NCBI GenBank assembly: GCA_963422735.1 | Contig: OY730476.1 | Span: 1,248,001 to 1,312,000 of the forward strand | From: Candidatus Latescibacterota bacterium | Lineage (GTDB): Bacteria; Latescibacterota; UBA2968; UBA8231 | Reading direction: 5' to 3' | DNA: 64,000 nucleotides | Part shown: one piece after another, positions 36,115 through 44,277 of the stretch | How the letters are laid out: each line of letters begins with the position of its first letter | How positions within the stretch are numbered: position 1 is the stretch's first letter | Translations under genes and position numbers: made by a program | Notes under the pieces: model-generated | The model's database searches: none | What the model saw: the letters and a program-made list of their open reading frames with translations, nothing else | Told to the model about the DNA's origin: nothing

Positions 36115-37058
36115 ACCTCTCCACCACCGGCGAGATGCTGGCCCAGCGCGACGCCTTTGGTGACGCGCTCATCGAACTCATTGACCGCGACCCGCGCGTG
36201 TACGTGCTCGACGGCGACTTGGCCAACTCGACCAAGGCCGACAAAGTCTCCCGCGAGCGGCCCGACCGCTTCCTCGAAATGGGCATTGCTGAGCAAAACA
36301 TGATGGGCGTTGCCGCCGGCATGGCTACCTGCGGCCTCGTGCCGTGGCTGAGCAGCTTCGCCTGCTTCCTCGTCAACCGCGACCTCGATCAGCTCCGCGT
36401 CGTCGTCGCCCAGCCCAACCTGCCGGTCAAACTTTGCGGTGCCTACTCGGGCCTATTGACCGGCAAAACCGGCAAAACCCATCAAGAAGTCGCCGACATT
36501 TCCGTCATGCGGGCCATGCCGAATACGACCGTTTTGGCCCCGGCCGACGCCGTAGAGGTCCGCGCCTGTATGCTGGTGGCCAACGACCTATCTGGCCCCG
36601 TGTACGTGCGCATGACGCGCGACCCGGAGCCGATCATTTTTCCGGCGGACTACGAATTTGAACTGGGCCGCGCCCTTACCGTGCGCGAGGGCGCAGACGT
36701 CGCCCTCATATCCACGGGGGCCCAAACCCCGCGCTGCCTCGCCGCGGCCGACGAATTGGCGCGCGAAGGGATCTCGGTGCTCGTCCTGCATGTGCCGACC
36801 CTCAAGCCACTCGACGCAGACGCCATTGTCGCCGCCGCCGAGCAGACGGGCCGCGTAGTAACGGCCGAAGACCACACCATCATCGGCGGCTTAGGCGGCG
36901 CGGTCGCCGAGGTGCTGGGCGAGCGGCGTCCCACGCCCATGCGGCGCGTCGGCCTGCGCGACGTATTCGGCGAATCCGCGCCTAACGAAGACCTGCTGCA
37001 AAAATACGGTCTGACCCCCGGGCACGTCGCGCAGGCGGCGCGGACGCTGCTCTCTTGA
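36111..37058 (+). CDS. Transketolase, C-terminal subunit
   Basis: GIAEQNM, THQ, GPVYVR, KPLD, EDH..IGGLG. Confidence 0.95.
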   Translation: MNLSTTGEMLAQRDAFGDALIELIDRDPRVYVLDGDLANSTKADKVSRERPDRFLEMGIAEQNMMGVAAGMATCGLVPWLSSFACFLVNRDLDQLRVVVAQPNLPVKLCGAYSGLLTGKTGKTHQEVADISVMRAMPNTTVLAPADAVEVRACMLVANDLSGPVYVRMTRDPEPIIFPADYEFELGRALTVREGADVALISTGAQTPRCLAAADELAREGISVLVLHVPTLKPLDADAIVAAAEQTGRVVTAEDHTIIGGLGGAVAEVLGERRPTPMRRVGLRDVFGESAPNEDLLQKYGLTPGHVAQAARTLLS

Positions 37059-37195
37059 CCGCTGTATCCAAATATCCGTAATTAGATGTGATTCACTACC
37101 GCAACCGATATCCACAAGCTGCTGATGACGCGACATACTGGGTTTACTTGCCACACAGGGTGTTTGTCCACCAGCAGAAGCTCATACGAGCCATT

Positions 37196-37222
37196 AGAGT
37201 GCATCTCAGATGCACTCTTTTT
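37196..37222 (+). terminator. Palindromic hairpin plus U-tract (possible terminator or operator)
   Basis: agagtgcatct-c-agatgcactct (37196-37218) followed by a T-run. Confidence 0.45.
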
Positions 37223-37264
37223 CTTTGGCCGGTATAGCCGGTGCTACGGGAAACGAGAGGCCGC

Positions 37265-37975
37265 ATGAAAGAGGGTTTGCTGCAACTGTTGAAGCTCCAA
37301 GAAGTGGATAAGAGGCTCTTCGCGCTCGAAGAGGCCAAAGAAAAATATCCCGCTGAAATCGACCTGCGTCGCAGCAGGATAGCAAAAGCGCGGGCCGTCT
37401 TGTCCGATATAGAGGCCCAGAGTGCCGAGTTCGAAAAGCAGCAGCGGCATTGCGAGCGCGAAATCGAAAGTGGCAAGGCCAACCTGCGCGAGCGCGAGGG
37501 GCGCTTTGCCGTGGTGACCACCAACAAGGAATACGATTCCCTCCAGCTTGAGATCGAGATTTGCAAAAAGGACCTTGCCGAGCACGAGACGCAGTTGCTC
37601 AAAGCCATTGAGGGCCTAGAGCGAATTCAGGAGCAGATCGCCGAAGAGCAAGGCGCTTTTGAAGAAGTCCGCGAGGCCGAGCAAGGACGCATCGACGAGC
37701 TCGAAGGCCAGCTCGGCACCATGCAGGAGCAAATCGACGAAGTCGCAACGAGCCGACAGATGGTCGCCAAGGTCATTGATGAAATTGACTCCCAATTGAT
37801 GCGGATGTACGAGCGCAAGAAGGGGCGGCGTGGGATTCGCGTCGCGGCCGTGCGCAAGGAGGCTTGCGGTGCTTGCTTTTACCAGATGCCCGCCCAAACC
37901 CTCAACGAGGTTCGCATCGGTGGTCGAGTCATCTCCTGCGAAAGCTGCGGCACCATCATGGTCTGGGACGGGTAA
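37265..37975 (+). CDS. Coiled-coil protein with C4 zinc ribbon (DUF164/CT398 family)
   Basis: L..LQEVD, NKEY.SL..EI, C-terminal CGAC...CESCG; lies directly upstream of rnpB. Confidence 0.9.
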   Translation: MKEGLLQLLKLQEVDKRLFALEEAKEKYPAEIDLRRSRIAKARAVLSDIEAQSAEFEKQQRHCEREIESGKANLREREGRFAVVTTNKEYDSLQLEIEICKKDLAEHETQLLKAIEGLERIQEQIAEEQGAFEEVREAEQGRIDELEGQLGTMQEQIDEVATSRQMVAKVIDEIDSQLMRMYERKKGRRGIRVAAVRKEACGACFYQMPAQTLNEVRIGGRVISCESCGTIMVWDG

Positions 37976-37990
37976 TCGGTTTGATTTTGG

Positions 37991-38362
37991 GAGGAGTAAG
38001 TCGGGCGGGCGCGCCAGCGGCTCCTAGCGGCTGCTGGTGAGGAAAGTCCGAGCTCCACAGGACAGGATGCTGGGTAACGCCCAGGGGGGGCGACCCCACA
38101 GACAGTGCCACAGAAAACACACCGCCCAGTTTGCTGGGTAAGGTTGAAAAGGTGAGGTAAGAGCTCACCGCACCTGCGGCGACGCGGGTGGCAGGGTAAA
38201 CCTCATCCGGAGCAAGGCTAAGTAGGGGAAAAGAGGTGGTCCGCCTCGCTATATTCCCGGGTAGGCCGCACCGAGGCGGCCGGGCAACCGCCGCCCCAGA
38301 TGAATGCCCGCACAGCGCACTTCAGGTGCGTGGACAGAACTCGGCTTATAGACTCACTCCTC
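37991..38362 (+). ncRNA. rnpB: RNase P RNA (bacterial type A)
   Basis: GAGGAAAGTCCGAGCTCC, AGTGCCACAGAAA, GGTAAACC...GAGCAAG and ACAGAACTCGGCTTA conserved regions; P1 pairing gaggagt / actcctc. Confidence 0.97.
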
Positions 38363-38414
38363 CCACACCCGGGGCCGGCGGCTCCGGGTGATTTTTCTTT
38401 CTTTGGAGAGCTAT

Positions 38415-39494
38415 ATGTTCCCTCTGATCGCCGCGCTGGTGCTAATTGCCGCGCGGCTTCCCGCCCAACAGCTCGAGCGCTATGCGATCGAGCCTCTGGT
38501 CTCGCAGCTAGCCGAAGGCTATATCGACTGGACGCAACACGCGCTCTTTGCCTATGGCGACGGCACCGCGCCCGCGGCTGTCTCCGACCTCGTACAGCAG
38601 CGGCTCCACGGGTTGCGCAATGCCCGGGACGCGGCGTTCCGCAACATGCGCGAACTAATCGGCCAAGTCCGCCTCAACGCCGACACCCAACTGCAAGACG
38701 CTAGCTTCAATGGCGATTTTCAAGAACTCGCCCGCGTGGCCATTGGCTCGCAAAGCGAGGGCCAAGGGAGCTATCGCATCGCCGTGCGTCTGCTTCTGCT
38801 AGGCGATTTCGCGGATGCGGTGCTGCCCCAAGTTGAGCCTATAGACCCAAGATCATACGACCTGAGCCACTTCGACGACTCCCCCGATTCGCTAACGACG
38901 CCAGCTATCGCCGATTCCCTCGCAATGCCACCCACCGCTGATTCCCTCGCACTGGATACCCCCGACTCGCTAACGACGCCAGCTACTCCCGCCGACTCCC
39001 TCCCGGCAGACGAGCTCGTGTTTTTCGTGCCCGAAGCACCCTACACGGGCCTGCTCGTCGATGTTCGCGGGCTCGGGCTGCAACCGAGCATAGCACCGCG
39101 AGTGCTCAGCGCGGCTGGGCACGTGATTCACGGTGCGGCCACCGTAACCCGCAGTCTCGCCACGGACTACGGAGTCGCCGGTTACGACGACGACATCGAC
39201 CGCGCCTACACAAGCGAACGGCTCGGCGGGGAGGAGGCCAATCCTTTCGTCGTCAAGGCCACGGACGCGGCTGGCCGCTACTCGGGCGATGCCATCCTCG
39301 ACAACTTCGATGCCGCGCAGGTGCTGCAAGCTGATGAGGTCGGCGATTTCTTGCGCCAAGGCCGGGTGACCTTCCTCCTCGGCCCCGAGCCAGCGGCCTT
39401 CGATTCTACCTATACTGATAGTTTCATGCTAGAAGGAGAGGGAAATGAGTTTGAGCTTTACGGAGAAATGGAACCAAGCGACTGGCCGGAATAA
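38415..39494 (+). CDS. Exported hypothetical protein (LPP20-like) with an internal low-complexity repeat linker
   Basis: Signal-like N-terminus; GYIDWT, YTGLLVDVRGLGLQPSIAPRV, RLG..NP.VVKA motifs; DSL repeats. Confidence 0.65.
   Translation: MFPLIAALVLIAARLPAQQLERYAIEPLVSQLAEGYIDWTQHALFAYGDGTAPAAVSDLVQQRLHGLRNARDAAFRNMRELIGQVRLNADTQLQDASFNGDFQELARVAIGSQSEGQGSYRIAVRLLLLGDFADAVLPQVEPIDPRSYDLSHFDDSPDSLTTPAIADSLAMPPTADSLALDTPDSLTTPATPADSLPADELVFFVPEAPYTGLLVDVRGLGLQPSIAPRVLSAAGHVIHGAATVTRSLATDYGVAGYDDDIDRAYTSERLGGEEANPFVVKATDAAGRYSGDAILDNFDAAQVLQADEVGDFLRQGRVTFLLGPEPAAFDSTYTDSFMLEGEGNEFELYGEMEPSDWPE
38881..39001 (+). repeat. Degenerate intragenic tandem repeats encoding (P/A)DSL units
   Basis: cccccga(t/c)tcgctaacgacgccagcta occurs at 38881 and 38959; gattccctcgca occurs twice. 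Confidence 0.75.
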
Positions 39495-40260
39495 CTCGCT
39501 GGTCTGCGTCGGGCTGGATACCGTTCCTGCGCAGCTACCCGTCAGCGTCCGCGCCAAAGCCGACCCGGTCCTCTACTTCAACCAGCAAATCATCGACGCC
39601 ACATGCGACCTCGTCTGCTGCTACAAGCCCAACTTCGCTTTCTACGGTGCCCTCGGCGCGGGCGGCTTTGCCACGCTCAAGCGCACCCTTGACCACATCC
39701 CCGCGGACATCCCGGTGCTCATCGACGCTAAGGTTGGCGACATGGGCAACACGGCCGAGCAATACGCCCGCACCTTCTACGAGGTCCTCGGCTGCGACGC
39801 GCTGACGGTGACTCCCTATTTGGGCCACGACTGCGTCGCGCCCTTCACCGCGTACAAAGACCGCACTACCTTTCTCGTCTGCCTGACTTCCAACCTAGGG
39901 GCCGATGATTTTCAGAAGGAGCATCTAGGCGACCGGCCCCTGTACGAGCAGGTAATCGCCAAGGCACACGCTTGGAACGCGGCCAACAACATCGGACTCG
40001 TCGTCGGGGCAACCCAACCGGCCGGCTTGGCCCGCGTCCGCGCCCTTGCCCCGGATGTGCCCTTGCTCATCCCCGGCATCGGTGCCCAAGGCGGCGATAT
40101 TGCAGCGGTGGTCAAAAACGGCTGCGACGCCCGCGGCGCGGGCATCCTCATCAACTCCTCGCGCGGCATTCTCTACGCCTCCCAAGGCAGCGATTTCGCG
40201 GCCGCGGCCCGGCAGGCGACCCTAACCCTGCGCGACGCCATCAACGCCCACCGCCCCTGA
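39445..40260 (+). CDS. pyrF: Orotidine-5'-phosphate decarboxylase
   Basis: CVGLD, YKPNFAFY, DAKVGDMGNT, TSN, VVGAT, PGIGAQGG, NSSR. Confidence 0.96.
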   Translation: MSLSFTEKWNQATGRNNSLVCVGLDTVPAQLPVSVRAKADPVLYFNQQIIDATCDLVCCYKPNFAFYGALGAGGFATLKRTLDHIPADIPVLIDAKVGDMGNTAEQYARTFYEVLGCDALTVTPYLGHDCVAPFTAYKDRTTFLVCLTSNLGADDFQKEHLGDRPLYEQVIAKAHAWNAANNIGLVVGATQPAGLARVRALAPDVPLLIPGIGAQGGDIAAVVKNGCDARGAGILINSSRGILYASQGSDFAAAARQATLTLRDAINAHRP

Positions 40261-40308
40261 GCCGTTGTTGCCATCCTCCATAGCTATCTCTATTTTTTTG
40301 CAACGAGT

Positions 40309-40386
40309 CGGGGTGTGGCGCAGTCCGGTTAGCGCACCTGCTTTGGGAGCAGGATGTCGTCGGTTCGAATCCGACCACCCCGACCA
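40309..40386 (+). tRNA. tRNA-Pro(TGG)
   Basis: Cloverleaf CGGGGTG...CACCCCG-ACCA; anticodon arm CCTGC-TTTGGGA-GCAGG; T-loop GGTTCGAATCC. Confidence 0.98.
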
Positions 40387-40452
40387 CAACTCCCTCTAGA
40401 TCCCCTTTCCTCGCACAGCGAAATTCGCGACCCTTCACGGCAAGGATGAACC

Positions 40453-41790
40453 ATGGCACGAGAAATCGAGGCTTTGCTCGACGAGGAAATCGCTGCTTAC
40501 GCAGCACGCAATCCCCGCTCGTACGCGATGTTTGCGCGAGCCAAGCAATTGCTGCCGGGCGGCAACACCCGCACCGGTGTCCACATTGATCCTTTTCCCC
40601 TATACGCCGACCGCGGCAAGGGGGCCTATCTCTACGACATCGACGGCCATCGCCTAATCGACTTCGTCAACAACAACACGGCCCTCCCCTTGGGCCACGC
40701 CCATCCCGCCATCGTCACCGCCCTGCAAGAACAAATCGCCCGCGGCACTGGGTTTTCGCGGCCCCTTGCCCTCGAAGTGGAGATGGCCGAAGTGCTCCGC
40801 GCGCGCATGCCCGCGCTGGAAAAAGTGCGCTTTTGCTCCTCGGGCACCGAGGCCGTGCTCAATGCCCTGCGCGTGGCGCGGGCGCATACCGGGCGCACTA
40901 AGGTCGCCAAGTTCGAGGGGGCCTATCACGGGATAGACGACAGCGCACTGGTGAGTTACTTGCCCCCGCTGGGGCCGGAACTGGGTCCGGCCAGCAAGCC
41001 GCAGGGCGTGGCCTCTTCGGCCGGGCTGATGGCCCATACCCTCGACGAGGTGGTTGTGCTGCCGTTCAACGACGCGGCAGCTTGCGCCGAGATTATCGGC
41101 GACTACGCTCAAGAGCTAGCAGCCGTGATCGTAGATCCGCTCTCCACGGCCGCCGGGCTGGCACTGCCAGAGGCCGGTTTTTTGCCGAGCCTGCGCCACG
41201 CGACCACCCGCGCCGGTGCCCTGTTGGTCTTCGACGAAATCGTCAGCTTCCGCTTCGGCCCGGGCGGGACGCACACGGCCTACCAAGTGCGGCCCGATCT
41301 GGTCTGTTTGGGCAAGGTAATCGCCGGTGGGACGCCCGGCGCAGCTTTCGGCGGCCGCGCCGACGCCATGGACCTGTACGACCCAGCCGACGGGCCGCAG
41401 ATCCAACAGTCTGGAACCTTCAACGCCAATCCCATCGCCCTAGCCGCTGGCTTGCAGACCCTCCAAGCACTAACCCCAGAGGCTTACGAGCATATGGAAG
41501 GGCTAGCGCGGCGGGCAACTAAGGGATTACAGGCCGCGTTTGGCGAAGCTGGGGTCGCCGTACAGGGGGTCGTGGCCGGATCCATATTCCGGCTGTATTT
41601 CCTCAAACAGCCGCCGAGCAATTTCCGCGAAGCAGCGCAGGACGACGCGCAGAGGCACCGCTGGTTGTTCTTCGCCCTGCTCAACAAAGGGCTGTACACG
41701 CGAATGGGCGGCAACGTGTCGCTGGCGACCGAGACTCACCACATCGACGCGCTGGTGCAGGGGGTGCGCGAGGTGGTACAAGTGCTGTAA
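40453..41790 (+). CDS. Class III aminotransferase (glutamate-1-semialdehyde aminomutase-like)
   Basis: PGGNTR, LGHAHP, SGTEA, KFEGAYHG, FDEI, LGKVIAGG, SGTFNANP. Confidence 0.9.
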   Translation: MAREIEALLDEEIAAYAARNPRSYAMFARAKQLLPGGNTRTGVHIDPFPLYADRGKGAYLYDIDGHRLIDFVNNNTALPLGHAHPAIVTALQEQIARGTGFSRPLALEVEMAEVLRARMPALEKVRFCSSGTEAVLNALRVARAHTGRTKVAKFEGAYHGIDDSALVSYLPPLGPELGPASKPQGVASSAGLMAHTLDEVVVLPFNDAAACAEIIGDYAQELAAVIVDPLSTAAGLALPEAGFLPSLRHATTRAGALLVFDEIVSFRFGPGGTHTAYQVRPDLVCLGKVIAGGTPGAAFGGRADAMDLYDPADGPQIQQSGTFNANPIALAAGLQTLQALTPEAYEHMEGLARRATKGLQAAFGEAGVAVQGVVAGSIFRLYFLKQPPSNFREAAQDDAQRHRWLFFALLNKGLYTRMGGNVSLATETHHIDALVQGVREVVQVL

Positions 41791-41798
41791 CGTCTTGC

Positions 41799-42155
41799 AT
41801 GGCGGCTAGCGCCTGGAGGTGTTCACTTCTTTGGAGCCTGTCCCTGAGCATGGTTTGCTGCGGCGGTGGGGGCCGCCGGCCCCCACCAGCAGAGCCGTCG
41901 GCCACGACTACGGCGACAGCCCTCTACACCCACTATTGTGCCGACTGCCACGGTCCCGCCATGGACGGGGGCATGGCCAGCAGCCTGATTGACGGCCGCT
42001 GGGATTACGGTGCAAGCGACGCGGCCATCGTCGCAAGCATTGCCCTGGGAATTCCCGAGGACGGCATGCCTGGGTTTGGCGCAGTGATGGCAGCGGCTGA
42101 AATCGACGCGCTGGTCGCCCTAATGCGGGCGGCAGAGCGCACACAATCCCATTAA
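41799..42155 (+). CDS. Exported monoheme cytochrome c
   Basis: Signal/lipobox region, CADCHG heme-binding motif, distal GMPGF. Confidence 0.85.
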   Translation: MAASAWRCSLLWSLSLSMVCCGGGGRRPPPAEPSATTTATALYTHYCADCHGPAMDGGMASSLIDGRWDYGASDAAIVASIALGIPEDGMPGFGAVMAAAEIDALVALMRAAERTQSH

Positions 42156-42238
42156 TCTTCACCGCCTCCTAGGGCCTTGCCACCGCCGATGTGGACATGG
42201 GGCGGGGATAGCTATCTAAAAAGGTTTTAAGAAAAGAC

Positions 42239-43366
42239 ATGCGATACAGCGTCTATCTAGTTTGCATTCTCGTTGCCGCAGGGGAGGCGGCGGCCCAACA
42301 GCTCGTCCGATCCGAAGAACACACGTTTCGCGTCGAGACCTTCGCTACCGGCTTGGGCGTGCCGTGGGGTCTCGCTTTTCTGCCCGATGGACGCCTGTTA
42401 GTCACCGAGCGCGAGGGGCGGCTGCGCATCGTCGGCACAGACGGCGCGGTTTCGCCACCCATCGACGGTGTACCCAAGGCGCACGCCAAGGGGCAGGGGG
42501 GGCTGATGGACGTGGCCTTGCACCCTCAGTACGCAGAGACCGGCTGGATTTACCTCAGTTACTCGGATCCACTGCCCGGGCCGTTGGGTGGCATGTTGAG
42601 CTATACGGCCATCAGCCGCGGGCACCTGCAAGACGATGGGTTGGTCGATGTGGAAGTGGTGTATCGCGTCCCGGAGCAATTCTACACTCGACACTCCCAC
42701 CACTACGGCTCGCGCATCGTCTTCGACCGCGAGGGCTACCTGTACTTTGCCATCGGCGACCGCGGCCAGCGGCCCCTCGCCCAGAATGTGACGCTGCCCA
42801 ACGGCAAGATCCACCGCTTGCGCGCCAACGGCGGCGTCCCGTCCGACAACCCTTTCGTTGGGAGCAACGGGGCCATTGCGTCTATTTGGTCCTACGGGCA
42901 CCGCAACCCCCAGGGGATGGCCATGCACCCGGAGACCGGCCAACTGTGGGCAGCCGAGCACGGCCCCAAGGGCGGCGACGAACTCAACCACGTGCGCCGC
43001 AGCCTAAACTACGGCTGGCCGGTCATTACCTACGGCATCAACTACAACGGCACGCCCATCACCGACCAAACCCACTCTGAGGGCATGGAGCAGCCGCAGA
43101 CCTATTGGGTGCCGTCGATAGCGGTCTGCGGCATTGACTTTTACACCGGGGAACGCTTCGGCAACTGGCAAAACGACCTGCTGGTAACCTCGCTGCGCTT
43201 TAACCGCCTGCACCGGCTGCGATTGGCGGGCACAGAAGTGGTACACGAGGAGATCGTTTACCAAGGCGAGTCGCGGATGCGCGACGTGCAGACCGGGCCG
43301 GACGGTGCGATCTATCTCGCAGTGGAAGACCCAGGGCGGATTTTGCGGCTAGTGCCGATGGAATAG
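42239..43366 (+). CDS. PQQ-dependent sugar (aldose/glucose) dehydrogenase, soluble GSDH family
   Basis: PWGLAFLPDG, GQGGLMDV, HYGSRI, GHRNPQG, EHGPKGGDELN, NYGWP. Confidence 0.93.
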   Translation: MRYSVYLVCILVAAGEAAAQQLVRSEEHTFRVETFATGLGVPWGLAFLPDGRLLVTEREGRLRIVGTDGAVSPPIDGVPKAHAKGQGGLMDVALHPQYAETGWIYLSYSDPLPGPLGGMLSYTAISRGHLQDDGLVDVEVVYRVPEQFYTRHSHHYGSRIVFDREGYLYFAIGDRGQRPLAQNVTLPNGKIHRLRANGGVPSDNPFVGSNGAIASIWSYGHRNPQGMAMHPETGQLWAAEHGPKGGDELNHVRRSLNYGWPVITYGINYNGTPITDQTHSEGMEQPQTYWVPSIAVCGIDFYTGERFGNWQNDLLVTSLRFNRLHRLRLAGTEVVHEEIVYQGESRMRDVQTGPDGAIYLAVEDPGRILRLVPME

Positions 43367-43440
43367 GGCGATAGGAGACGGAGACAGTCCCCTCGCAGCG
43401 TATTACAGTCCTTTAGCATCTATAGGCAAGGACGAGATAG

Positions 43441-44274
43441 ATGCACCACATCCAAATTATCGAGCAAGTTTACAACGCACTCTCTGCGAAGATTACCCAA
43501 GGCGAAATCCCAATTTCTCTTCGCGCACCTGCCTTAGTCGGCACAGTCCAAGACGATCCATTTGACTGCTGGGTTGCAGATATGGCTTCCAGATGTCGAA
43601 GTGTTTCACTCAGGGAAACTGACTACCCCGGATCTCGTGCTGAGATACCAAGCGACCAACTCACTGCTCGGTCTCGAGGTCAAAAAGCTCATCTAAAAGG
43701 AGGATGGCAAAGACTCCCGAGGTCTTACCATCGACTACAATAGCTGTCTTCCCTGTGGGAAAGCCCTTGTGAAGGTCAGAGAGAACACGGTCGAGGTGCC
43801 TTGTTTTTATCTTTTTGCACTCCTCAGTCCCAATAGTTCTTCAATGGTCACAACAATTCTGATGGACGGTGACTTCCTCAACCATGACTTTGAACTCCAC
43901 AAGGATGCAAAATATGCAAATCAAAGCGAGTATGGCCACGGCCCTTGCTAAGAAGGTTCCGTCCGTCACCGCAGGATGTACACCTACCTCAATCCTCTCA
44001 ACTATAAGCTGAGCTTTTTCACTTGCGGCATATCCTTATTGTCAAACAGCATGAACTGGCATCCTTTGCTACGCGATGGGCACGTTGTACGGACTTAATT
44101 ATCCGCGGCGATAAGCATCAAAACTCTTTTTATTATATCGTGATAGACGGTAGGAGCAAAAAGGAACTCCCTTTTCCACTGGAGAAACTCCCCGTACGTC
44201 AAGATATTTTCAAAGCGTGCAAAGAACGTAAGCCAAAAGAGCGCACTGCCTCCATGCCGCAGCTCCCGGAGTGA
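43441..44274 (+). pseudogene. Inactivated PD-(D/E)xK restriction endonuclease
   Basis: Reconstructed frame: ...GKLTTPDLVL...LGLEVKK*...IDYNSCLPCG...MDGDFLN...GPC*EGSVRHRRMY.... In-frame TAA at 43694 and 43949, frameshifts near 43590 and 44020. Lies directly upstream of the MTase; lower GC. Confidence 0.7.
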
Positions 44275-44277
44275 AGG

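Noticed and set aside
38881-39001. Possible CRISPR array
   Set aside because: The repeats are degenerate, in-frame and intragenic, with no unique spacers and no cas genes.
40453-41790. Assigning the symbol hemL
   Set aside because: The family is clear, but PGGNTR differs from the usual HemL PGGVNSP and no heme genes are adjacent.
43694-43951. Stop-codon recoding to explain in-frame stops in the nuclease and antitoxin genes
   Set aside because: The same genes also contain frameshifts, and TAA/TGA/TAG terminate normal genes throughout the window.
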